From assembly GCA_951406725.2 (NCBI GenBank), contig OX597823.1, positions 38,398,001 through 38,460,000 of the forward strand: a stretch of DNA of 62,000 nt. The letters are read 5' to 3'. This stretch comes from Octopus vulgaris (taxonomy: Eukaryota). A program made the position numbers and the translations under genes. Positions within the stretch are counted from its first letter, which is position 1. The number at the start of each line of letters is the position of its first letter. Shown here piece by piece: positions 12,047-24,660 of the stretch. Below the pieces are notes generated by a model. It made no database searches. It saw only the letters and a program-made list of their open reading frames with translations, and was not told where the DNA came from.

Positions 12047-15000
12047 TCATGGAGGCTTTCTAGCAACTGCTATTTGGTGCATGAGAGAGTTCGATGCAGC
12101 TGCCCTCATCTGCCCCTCCTGCCGTGAAGTTGGTTCATCTGGGACACCTGACAGGAAGAGATCCAGCTTCATTTTAAAGACATCTGTATCCACCCCATGC
12201 AGGTCTCTCAGGTTCTTCGGGAGGATATTGAAGAGCTGTGGGCCTCGGAAGCCCAGGCTATCACAGAATCTTGTCCTACATCTTGATGGCAGGTTTGGAG
12301 TCCTAGGCACCACGCAGTGGCGCCCAGTTCTGGCATTTGCGTAACTCTCGATGCCAAAGTTCAGGACACTTCCCTCCAGGATCTTCCAGATGTATATTAT
12401 GGCATATCTTTCCCGCCTACGCTCCAGGGAATATAATTTTAATCTCTTGAGTCTTTCCCAGTAGCTTACATTCTGCATAGAGGCTATCTTCTTTGTGTAG
12501 CTTCGTTGGATCGCCTCAAGTTCTGTGATCAACTTGACACTGGATGGTGACCATAGCTGAGAGCAATAGTCAAAGTGGCTTAGGACAAGTGTCTTCCAGA
12601 GGACCATCATGGTTTCTTGTTCTCTTGTTCTAAAGGTTCTAAGAATCCATCCAGCCAGCCGTCTACATTTCATTGTCAGTTTAGCAACATGTACATGAAA
12701 GGTCGCGTCATCACTCATGTGAATACCCAGGTCACGCACTGATTGTGCCTCTGGGATTGCAATCCCTCCGGGTCCAGTGTATTCATTGGGTATTGCATTC
12801 AGTTTTGCATGCTGATAGTATAAAGCTTGAAACTTTCCAGCATTGAACTGCATGCTATTCTTTTCAGCCCACTTGTATATTTCGTCCAGCTCACATTGCA
12901 GGTGTTTAGTGTCCTCAGGGTTCTGTATTGCCTGTGAAACTTTTGTATCATCTGCATAACTTGTGATCGTGGCTCTCTGCGTGGCTGAGGGCATGTCTGA
13001 GAGGGCCATTATGAACAGTAGTGGTCCCAGAACAGTGCCCTGCGGAACACCGCTCACTATTTGTGTGTTAATGGAGGTGGCCCCATTGGCTACTACCACC
13101 TGACTTCTATCCTTCAGAAAGTCATGAAGCCATTCTCCCAGTTTTCCAACTATGTTGAGATCACGCAGTTTGTGACATATCATTCCATGATCGACTTTAT
13201 CAAAGGCCTTTGCAAAGTCGAGATATATCACTTCCACATTTGAGTGGTTGAGCAGCCGTTTCAGCACCCAGTCATAGTGTTGTAGGAGCTGAGTTAAACA
13301 GCTTCTCCCTGGTCGGAAACCATGTTGGGTGTCGGGCAGCAAGTCATTCTCTTCAAGGAAGGTGATCAGCTTCCTTCTGACTATTCGTTCCATGACCTTG
13401 CTGATGTGTGAGGTCAGAGAGATAGGTCTATAGTTCTTGGCTTCCGCTCTGCTACCTCCTTTATGAATGGGGCATATTTTACCTTCCTTCAGTTTTCCTG
13501 GAAGTTTGCCAGCTGCAAGGAAGCTCTGAAAGAGGAACTGCAGTGGTCTTGCTAGGACTCTCTTACATGCTTTTAGGAGGATTGCCGGGAATCCATCGGG
13601 GCCAGTAGCTGAGTCTGTTTTCATTTCATCTATAGCCTTGGTTACATCGTCTTCCTTTATATCGATGTAATCTATCGTCGCCGCCTCTGATTTTATATCT
13701 GCAGTGGTAAAAAAGTCAGTTGGATTGGTGATTTGGAGATGCCCAAGGGGTGGAGTGAAAACACTCTTGAATTGCTCATTCAGTATTTCACTTACCCTCA
13801 TTGGTTTTCCTGTAAGTGTGCCATCCTTTTCGAGGAGTGGCCCTATTCTACAGTGCACTGTAGCTGTTTCTTTGGCATACCTGTAGAAAGCTCTGGGGTT
13901 AGATTTTATGTTTTCTATAGCCCAGGCTTCTTTGTCTGCTCTTTCTTTTTCATGGGAGAGTTGCAGACATTTTTCGATTTCCAACAGTTTTATTTTTAGG
14001 CGGGACTTTTCACTGCTTTCAATCTGTTTGTTTAGGCGATTTGAAAATTTCGTACGCCGTCTCATTAAAATTTTCCTCTCTCTGGGGATTTTGTTCTTGT
14101 GTACAGTGGCCTTTCTCTCTGGGACACATTTGTAGCATATGGCTTGCATTACAGACATGAATTGTTGAAGTTTCACGTCGATGTCTGGCGAGGAGAGACA
14201 TTTAGGCCAGTTTTGTTTGAGGATCTCTTTCTCAATTTGTTTCCAGTTTGCCTTATGGTAGTTCAAGCTGGAAAGATTTTGAGGGTTTCTTGTAGGCTGC
14301 ATGTCCGTGCTCTCTTTTGGCCCGTACATGGTCAGCTCTATCATGTTGTGATCCGAGAGTAGTGTCGGTGTCACTTTCACATTATGGATGAGATCCATGT
14401 CATTTGTGAAGCAGAGATCCAGTGTGTTACCTGCCCTGGTTGGTTGGAGTATTACCTGCTCCATGTACAGGGTGTTGATGAGGTTCAGGAGGGACCTCGC
14501 CTGTCCTCGTTCACATCTTGTCATTCCTGGGAGAGAAAGGCCCTCGGGCCATCTGACATTGGGCAGATTGAAGTCTCCCATAAGAAGCACACCTATGTGT
14601 TGTTCTAATGTGGTTAGAATTTCTTCTATTTTTATAAGGCAGTCTTCAAACTTGCCCACATGGCTTGGGGCATCTGGAGGGCGATATGTAGCACACACAA
14701 CTACATCAAGTTGCCTAATATGTACAATTAGTGTGTCACACACCGAGTTTGAGTATGACAAGAGGACCTGGGGTGTGAGGTCCTCACGGATGTACATAGC
14801 AACACCTCCATGACTCCTTTCTTTCCTGTCGGTCCGTAGTACAGCATACTGTGGTATGTGTAACTCCGCATCTGCTATGTCCGGTTTCAGGTGCGTTTCT
14901 GTAAGTGCTATGCATAAGGCTTGATTGCATGCAACAAAGTCTCTCAGGAACGGGATCTTTGTCCTGTTACTGAGTGTTTGCAGTCCTCTGATGTTCAGTA

Positions 15001-15151
15001 GGAGTATCGAGGTGAGGTGTACGTTGTTGCCGGCGGTGTCCATCCTGTGTCTGTTTGCTGTGGTGGTCTGGTATATAGTGGGTAGTCCCACCTGCGGGCT
15101 TGGGTTTGATGAAGCCAGGTCAGCTGCTGTACAATCTTTTGTGCCATGCAC
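12047..15151 (-). CDS. LINE ORF2: APE endonuclease + reverse transcriptase (likely start M at 15043, MDTAGNN)
   Basis: APE motifs LLNIRGL, LTETHL, GDFNLP, DLCF, SDH; RT motifs [50 protein letters not shown]; C-terminal [20 protein letters not shown] typical of the CR1 group. No stops or frameshifts. Confidence 0.97.
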   Translation of the reverse strand: MHGTKDCTAADLASSNPSPQVGLPTIYQTTTANRHRMDTAGNNVHLTSILLLNIRGLQTLSNRTKIPFLRDFVACNQALCIALTETHLKPDIADAELHIPQYAVLRTDRKERSHGGVAMYIREDLTPQVLLSYSNSVCDTLIVHIRQLDVVVCATYRPPDAPSHVGKFEDCLIKIEEILTTLEQHIGVLLMGDFNLPNVRWPEGLSLPGMTRCERGQARSLLNLINTLYMEQVILQPTRAGNTLDLCFTNDMDLIHNVKVTPTLLSDHNMIELTMYGPKESTDMQPTRNPQNLSSLNYHKANWKQIEKEILKQNWPKCLSSPDIDVKLQQFMSVMQAICYKCVPERKATVHKNKIPRERKILMRRRTKFSNRLNKQIESSEKSRLKIKLLEIEKCLQLSHEKERADKEAWAIENIKSNPRAFYRYAKETATVHCRIGPLLEKDGTLTGKPMRVSEILNEQFKSVFTPPLGHLQITNPTDFFTTADIKSEAATIDYIDIKEDDVTKAIDEMKTDSATGPDGFPAILLKACKRVLARPLQFLFQSFLAAGKLPGKLKEGKICPIHKGGSRAEAKNYRPISLTSHISKVMERIVRRKLITFLEENDLLPDTQHGFRPGRSCLTQLLQHYDWVLKRLLNHSNVEVIYLDFAKAFDKVDHGMICHKLRDLNIVGKLGEWLHDFLKDRSQVVVANGATSINTQIVSGVPQGTVLGPLLFIMALSDMPSATQRATITSYADDTKVSQAIQNPEDTKHLQCELDEIYKWAEKNSMQFNAGKFQALYYQHAKLNAIPNEYTGPGGIAIPEAQSVRDLGIHMSDDATFHVHVAKLTMKCRRLAGWILRTFRTREQETMMVLWKTLVLSHFDYCSQLWSPSSVKLITELEAIQRSYTKKIASMQNVSYWERLKRLKLYSLERRRERYAIIYIWKILEGSVLNFGIESYANARTGRHCVVPRTPNLPSRCRTRFCDSLGFRGPQLFNILPKNLRDLHGVDTDVFKMKLDLFLSGVPDEPTSRQEGQMRAAASNSLMHQIAVARKPP

Positions 15152-15906
15152 AAAAAAGATTGTTGCTCAGCAGCTGCTCTTTCGACAACATCATGTTGGC
15201 TGTTTGTGGCGCGCACAACATCTGCGTACCTCCGCTTTGGGGCAGGTGGTGCGTGGTCCATCCCTTTTCTTTGTGTTGATGGTTTGTCCATCTGCCTCGT
15301 GTCTCTGTGGCAGGGTCCCCGATGTGCAAAGCGGCAGCCTGCACCTTCCTTTCCATGCCAGCAGGAACCTCTCAGGTAGAACATACACACCCGTGTGCGC
15401 TGTTTGGTTCCATCCTTTGCGGTTCCACTTCTATTTCTGGTTGTTTCACTCTTTGGTCCTGCTTGAGCTTTTTCTTTTCCTTTAGCTCTTCCAGTCCTTC
15501 TTTTAGTTCTTCTTCCTCCCTCTACCTCTTCACCGGGTTCTCCGTCTCCATGGCCCTTGCTGCCGGTTGGAGAACTTGCACCTGGGTTCACTTCCCGGGC
15601 AGGTTTCTCATTCAAAACCTCCTCCCGGGCGTCCACCAGGTGGGGGTGACTTCTTTCATCGTCTCCATTCTTGCCATCTTTGCCCCGCTCGTTCTCAAAG
15701 ATGGCATCAAGTGCGCCAATGTGCGACCGTACAAGCGCATATGAGCGCACGAATTCCTGTCTCTTTCGCTCCATCTGAGCCGCTGTCCTCTTGTAGCCTC
15801 TGCTCTTCAGCGCAGCCGCAATCACCTCGCTAGGGCTATCTCCGCCGGCGCACTCCCATGCTCGTACGAATAAATCCAGCTCGTCACGTCTCCATGCTCT
15901 GGACAT
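14995..15906 (-). CDS. LINE ORF1, 303 aa: Myb/SANT(trihelix)-like N-terminus, basic low-complexity linker, CCCH zinc finger
   Basis: Open frame directly upstream of and overlapping ORF2; WRRDELDLFVRAW...VIAAALKSRGYKRTAAQMERKRQEFVRSY; CMFYLRGSCWHGKEGAGCRFAH (C-x7-C-x8-C-x3-H). Confidence 0.8.
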   Translation of the reverse strand: MSRAWRRDELDLFVRAWECAGGDSPSEVIAAALKSRGYKRTAAQMERKRQEFVRSYALVRSHIGALDAIFENERGKDGKNGDDERSHPHLVDAREEVLNEKPAREVNPGASSPTGSKGHGDGEPGEEVEGGRRTKRRTGRAKGKEKAQAGPKSETTRNRSGTAKDGTKQRTRVCMFYLRGSCWHGKEGAGCRFAHRGPCHRDTRQMDKPSTQRKGMDHAPPAPKRRYADVVRATNSQHDVVERAAAEQQSFLCMAQKIVQQLTWLHQTQARRWDYPLYTRPPQQTDTGWTPPATTYTSPRYSY

Positions 15907-15967
15907 GCTGGATAATCCGTCTATCCGTTTATCTATCTAATTATGTTCGAGAGAAGACAGGAAGATA

Positions 15968-17240
15968 TTAAGGCTAATTAGAAGATAGAGTACTTGAAAA
16001 AGAAATATTAACAATATTAAAGTTTGTGTAAAAACGTTATTTGGGTAAAAACGTTATTTAATCTTAAGGCTAATTAGGGGATAGAGTATCTGAAAATGTA
16101 TTAGCAATATTAATATTATATTAGAGTGTGGATAAAAACGTTGTTTAATCTTAAGGCTAATTAGGAGATAGAGTATCTGAAAATATATTAGCAATATTAA
16201 TATTATATTAGAGTGTGGGTAAAAAAAACGTTATTTAATCTTAAGGCTAATTTGGAGATAGAGTATCTGAAAATATATTAGCAATATTAATATTATATTA
16301 GAGTGTGGGTAATATTAAACGTTATTTAATTTAATCTTAAGGCTAATTAGAAGACAGAGTATCTGAAAAATTATATATACAATATTAAGCAATATTAACC
16401 GTTATTTAATTTAATCTTAAGGCTAATTAGACGTTATTAATATTAAACGTTATTTAATTTAATCTTAAGGCTAATTAGAAGATAGAGTATCTGAAAATAT
16501 ATTAGCAATATTAATATTATATTAGAGTGTGGATAAAAACGTTATTTAATCTTAAGGCTAATCAGGAGATAGAGTATCTGAAAATATATTAGCAATGTTA
16601 ATATTATATTAGAGTGTGGGTAATATTAAACGTTATTTAATTTAATCTTAAGGCTAATTAGAAGATAGAGTATCTGAAGAATTATTAACAATATTAAAAC
16701 AATATTAAACGTTATTTAATTTAATCTTAAGGCTAATTAACAATAATTATTAACAATATTAAACAATATTAAACGTTATTTAATTTAATCCTAAGGCTAA
16801 TTAACAATAATTATTAACAATATTAAACAATATTAAACGTTATTTAATTTAATCTTAAGGCTAATTAACAGTAATTATTAACAATATTAAACAATATTAA
16901 ACGTTATTTAATTTAATCCTAAGGCTAATTAACAATAATTATTAACAATATTAAACGTTATTTAATTTAATCCTAAGGCTAATTAGACGTTATTAATATT
17001 AAACGTTATTTAATTTAATCTTAGGGCTAATTAGAAGATAGAGTATCTGAAAAATTATTAACAATATTAAAACAATATTAAACGTTATTTAATTTAATCT
17101 TAAGGCTAATTAACAATAATTATTAACAATATTAAACAATATTAAACGTTATTTAATTTAATCCTAAGGCTAATTTGACGGTATCAATATTAAACGTTAT
17201 TTAATTTAATCTTAAGGCTAATTAGAAGATAGAGTATCTG
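15968..17240. repeat. AT-rich modular tandem array upstream of ORF1
   Basis: About 18 copies of core AACGTTATTTAA(TTTAA)TCTTAAGGCTAATT joined to alternating modules, giving ~45-85-bp units. Confidence 0.9.
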
Positions 17241-17696
17241 GAAAATTATTATATCGAGAACAGATATTGAAAATGTAAACAAACAAAATGACGATCGCAA
17301 CTTTAACTAAGATGTGGGCCTAAGTGAAAGATAAAATAGAATAATAAATAAAATATGAAATAGATGAAATTGATACTTAATCCAACAATGTGGTCTGGAT
17401 TATTTTTTTTTTTGGTTTACGGGATTTTTTTCAGGAGAGATGCTTCTTTTTCTTTCTTGCAGGAGATAACTTGATTCAGTTATTTTTGCACCATGTGCGT
17501 TTCGGCGAAAATGAAAATTACTGTGTATATGTATATATTTATATATATATTTTTAAAAATATTTTTAACCAAAGTGTTGTAGTGATCTCTATGACTTAGA
17601 GTTTTACGTTTTGCAACTACAGTGGGTTATTTCGCCGTTCTATGCAAACTTTTTCACAGAGCAAAGGCAATCACGTCTTTCTCTGCTGAAAACGGA

Positions 17697-18302
<606 letters not shown>

Positions 18303-18396
18303 AAAATATTATTAGAGACAAAACCACTATTTTGCAAAACAAACAAGGAAAGACTTAATCAATACATAAAATTTTAATAAATAGTCAAAAAAACCG

Positions 18397-18439
18397 CCAC
18401 TACAATCGTTTCTTGTCTTGATCGACAATCTTCAGGTGG
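18397..18439 (-). ncRNA. Type-I hammerhead ribozyme (left arm)
   Basis: Exact reverse complement of 22816-22858. Confidence 0.8.
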
Positions 18440-19031
18440 ACTTCAATCTAAAATATCAATATTTTAAAATATACAAATAATAATTTTAAAATAATTAAAG
18501 TATGAATGAAAAAATATAAATATATAATCCATATATAACCTATATATAATCCATATATAATCAATATATAAACAATATATAAACTAAAATAAACCTATCA
18601 ACAATTAAATATAAAATATAAAATATATAATATAAAACAAAACAAAAAAATAATAATAATAATATAATAATAAACTATATATACACCCATACACATATAC
18701 CTAATTATATATAACCATATCTAACTACATACACTAAACCACACACCTATATATATATCCCTATACATACACATAAAAACGTCTAGGCAACTATAAATAA
18801 ATAAAATAGCTAAATACTTCAACACAATACTTATTCATACTCCCACACACACACACATACAACCCACATTCACGCTCTAGAAAACGGACATCACTCAAAA
18901 TTATGAACGGAGAAATAGAATAAATGGAATTAAAAATTATATTCACTTGGTAAAACGAACACTACTTAAAAATTATGAATGAAACAATGCAATAAAACAA
19001 CAGACATCGCAAATATACACAAATTACTACG

Positions 19032-22000
19032 AATTCCTTAACAAACCTACCATGATAAACCAAAACTCACAAAAACATATAATGATAAAATCTCCCTTTA
19101 CTAATCTATAACATACCTATATAGCAATCCCCCTAACCTAAACATTCACACACAAATACACACACGTAAACCACACACCCACGACATATACAAATACCCA
19201 CACCACTTACACATACCAATACATACATATAAACCTCAACATATACTCCAAAAACCCACTCAACCCCACACAGACAAATAAACACAAAAATTATGAATGG
19301 ATTCTTTTATAAAACTACCATGATAAGCTAAAACTCACAAAACAGAAATGATAAAACCTCCCTTTACTAAACACTATAACATACTTATATAGCAATCCCT
19401 TTAACCTATACATTCACACACAAAAACACACAAGTAAACCACACACCCATAACAAATACAAACACCCACCCCACTCACACACACCCACAAGTACATATAA
19501 ACCTCAACATATACACGAACAAAATTACTTTACCAAGGAACTTAACATATGTATAAAAAGTATAACCGCTCCGGAAACGAACATCTCTAAATTAATGAAT
19601 GGAGAAATGGAATAAATGGAATTAAAAATAATATTCACGTGGCAAAACGAACACCACTCAAAAATTATGAATGAAACAATGCAATAAAACAACCAACATC
19701 GAAAATAGACAAATTACCACGAATTCCCTAAAAAAACCATGATAAACCAAAACTCTTAAAAACATATAACGATAAAATCTCCCTTTGCTAAACTCTATAA
19801 CAAACCTATATAGCAATCCCCCTAACCTAAACATTCACACACAAATACACACACGTAAACCACAGACCCACGACATATACACATACCTATACTAACTTAT
19901 AAACCTCAATATACACCAAAATCCACTCCCTCCACACACAGACAAATTAACACATACATCCCAAAACCTAAATAACAAACCCATATACACATTCACACAC
20001 AAACACACACACAGGCAAAACACACACACACAACAGATACATATACTCCCTCACATATACGCATATACATACTCACTAAACTCGATATATACAACAATAT
20101 TTACACACCCACACTCATACAGATAAATAAATTATACAACTAAAAACTCACATACAATCTCATATACATAAACACTCCTATGAAAACAACATTAAATACA
20201 TCGTAATTAACCAGAATATCAAAAATAACAATATGACATAAGGATAAATAAAATACATACTTACAAGTCAGTTTCAAATTATAAAGTGAAATTAAATTCT
20301 TAGCCGTTAAAAAAATCAAACCAAAATTACGTTACCATAGAAATAACTTATGTAAAAAAAGAATACGCGTCATGGAAAGTAAACGTCATTTAAAATTATG
20401 AATGGAGAAAAAGAATAAATGGAACTAAAAACTATATCCACGTGGCAAACCAACACTACTTAAAAAAATTTATTATGAATGGATTCTTTAAAAAACTACC
20501 ATGAAAAATCATTATATACATTTATGAGCTTTAGCTCACCTTAGCAGCTCTAACAAACAACTTGCAGCAACCCAAACCTATTCTCGATGCCTACCTCACT
20601 ACTACACTATTCCACTCACAATTCCAAGCAACGCTAGTCCACCACCCGGTTACAATTCCCAACTCCACCCATTCATTCACAATTTCAACGACGTTCGCCT
20701 CCACAGCGCTACATATAAGCCTCAACATATACACCGGAGATTCACATCCGTGCGAATGGGTGAGATTAATTCCTTAACAAACCTACCAAGATAAACCAAA
20801 ACTCACAAAACATATAATGATAAAATCTCCCTTTACTAAACTCTATAACATACCTATATAGCAATCCCCCTAACCTAAACATTCACACACAAATACACAC
20901 ACGTAAACCACACACCCACGACATATAGATACCCACACCACTTACACATACCAATACATACATATAAACCTCAACATATACTCCAAAACCCACTCAACCC
21001 CACACATACAAATAAACACAAAAATTATGAATGGATTCTTTTATAAAACTACCATGATAAGCTAAAACTCACAAAACAGAAATAATAAAACCTCCCTTTA
21101 CTAAACACTATAACATACTTATATAGCAATCCCTTTAACCTATACATTCACACACAAAAAAACACACGTAAACCACACACCCATAACAAATACAAACACC
21201 CACCCCACTCACACACACCCACAAGTACAAATAAGCCTCAACATATACACCAAACAAAATTACTTTACCAAGGAACTTAACATATGTATAAAAAATATAA
21301 CCGCTCTGGAAACGAACATCTCTAAATTAATGAATGGAGAAATGGAATAAATGGAATTAAAAATAATATTCACGTGGCAAAACGAACACCACTCAAAAAT
21401 TATGAATGAAACAATGTAATAAAACAACCAACATCGAAAATAGACAAATTACCACGAATTCCCTAAAAAAACCATGATAAACCAAATCTCTTAAAACCTA
21501 CAACGATAAATCTCCCTTTGCTAAACTCTATAACAAACCTATATAGCAATCCCCCTAACCTAAACATTCACACACAAATACACACACTTAAACCACAGAC
21601 CCACGACATATACACATACCTATACTAACTTATAAACCTCAATATACACCAAAACCCACTCCCTCCACACACAGACAAATTAACACATACATCCCAAAAC
21701 CTAAATAACAAACCCATATACACATTCACACACAAACACACACACACGCAAAACACACACACACAACAGATACATATACTCCCTCACATATACGCATATA
21801 CATACTCACTAAACTCGATATATACAACAATATTTACACACCCACACTCATACAGATAAATAAATTATACAACTAAAAACTCACACACAATCTCATATAC
21901 ATAAACACTCCTATGAAAACAACATTAAATACATCGTAATTAACCGGAATATCAAAAATAACAATATGACATAAGGATAAATAAAAAACATACTTACAAG

Positions 22001-22356
22001 TCAGTTTCAAATTATGAAGTGAAATTAAATTCTTAGCCGTTAAAAGAATCAAACCAAAATTACGTTACCATAGAAATAACTTATGTAAAAAAAGAATACG
22101 CGCCATGGAAAGTAAACGTCATTTAAAATTATGAATGGAGAAAAGGAATAAATGGAACTAAAAACTATATCCACGTGGCAAACCAACACTACTTAAAAAA
22201 ATTTATTATGAATGGATTCTTTAAAAAAACTACCATGAAAAATCATTATATACATTTATGAGCTTTAGCTCACCTTAGCAGCTCTAACAAACAACTTGCA
22301 GCAACCCAACCCATTCTCGATGCCTACCTCACTACTACACTATTCCACTCACAATT
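19032..22356. repeat. Internal ~1.59-kb direct duplication with nested ~270-bp and ~700-bp sub-repeats
   Basis: 19032-20623 closely matches 20768-22356 (offset ~1735). The motif CCCTTTACTAAACTCTATAACATACCTATATAGCAATCCC recurs near 19.10, 19.36, 19.78, 20.83, 21.09 and 21.52 kb. Confidence 0.9.
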
Positions 22357-22815
22357 TTGAGTGATGTCCGTTTTCTAGAGCGTGAATGTGGGTTGTATGT
22401 GTGTGTGTGTGGGAGTATGAATAAGTATTGTGTTGAAGTATTTAGCTATTTTATTTATTTATAGTTGCCTAGACGTTTTTATGTGTATGTATAGGGATAT
22501 ATATATAGGTGTGTGGTTTAGTGTATGTAGTTAGATATGGTTATATATAATTAGGTATATGTGTATGGGTGTATATATAGTTTATTATTATATTATTATT
22601 ATTATTTTTTTGTTTTGTTTTATATTTTATATTTTATATTTTATATTTAATTGTTGATAGGTTTATTTTAGTTTATATATTGTTTATATATTGATTATAT
22701 ATGGATTATATATAGGTTATATATGGATTATATATTTATATTTTTTCATTCATACTTTAATTATTTTAAAATTATTATTTGTATATTTTAAAATATTGAT
22801 ATTTTAGATTGAAGT

Positions 22816-22858
22816 CCACCTGAAGATTGTCGATCAAGACAAGAAACGATTGTAGTGG
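22816..22858 (+). ncRNA. Type-I hammerhead ribozyme (right arm)
   Basis: CCAC-CUGAAGA-UUGUC-GAUCAA-GACAA-GAAA-C-GAUU-GUA-GUGG: full consensus core, stem I 4 bp, stem II 5 bp, 2-bp stem III with self-pairing ACGAUUGU, GUA triplet, predicted cleavage after 22854. Confidence 0.8.
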
Positions 22859-23033
22859 CGGTTTTTTTGACTATTTATTAAAATTTTATGTATTGATTAA
22901 GTCTTTCCTTGTTTGTTTTGCAAAATAGTGGTTTTGTCTCTAATAATATTTTATAATATTTTACTATAAAATTGGATTTAATCCTAAATCTGATTTTTTT
23001 CCCTGTAAATTTGGATTTATTCCCTAATATTTA

Positions 23034-23624
<591 letters not shown>

Positions 23625-23885
23625 TACTTTGATACTTTGATAGGTTTCGGCCATTATTGGCCCAGGCCATGTCTAACTTAATAGCACCACCTGGTGAAGT
23701 CTTTCAAATCAGAATTTGGGCACTATGGCCCACTCAAGTAGAGAGTTATTGTTTACAGAGACATATCCGGGTGTAGGGGGTTTATCCGGGATTTCTTGAA
23801 GGAATCTGTCCAAAGACTTCTTGAACCCTATAGGGTCAGTTTCTGTTTTAATGTGTTTTGGTGTAATGTTAAAGAGAGCGGGGGA
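23625..23885 (-). mobile_element. 5'-truncated 3' end of a second CR1-group LINE family with (TCAAAGTA)2 tail
   Basis: Minus translation [51 protein letters not shown] aligns by eye with the end of ORF2 ([13 protein letters not shown]...[16 protein letters not shown]); microsatellite on both sides. Confidence 0.85.

Positions 23886-24660
<775 letters not shown>

Noticed and set aside
13061-15833. Plus-strand ORFs of 60-186 aa inside the LINE (repeated at 52-54 kb)
   Set aside because: Antisense shadows of ORF1/ORF2; no recognisable domains.
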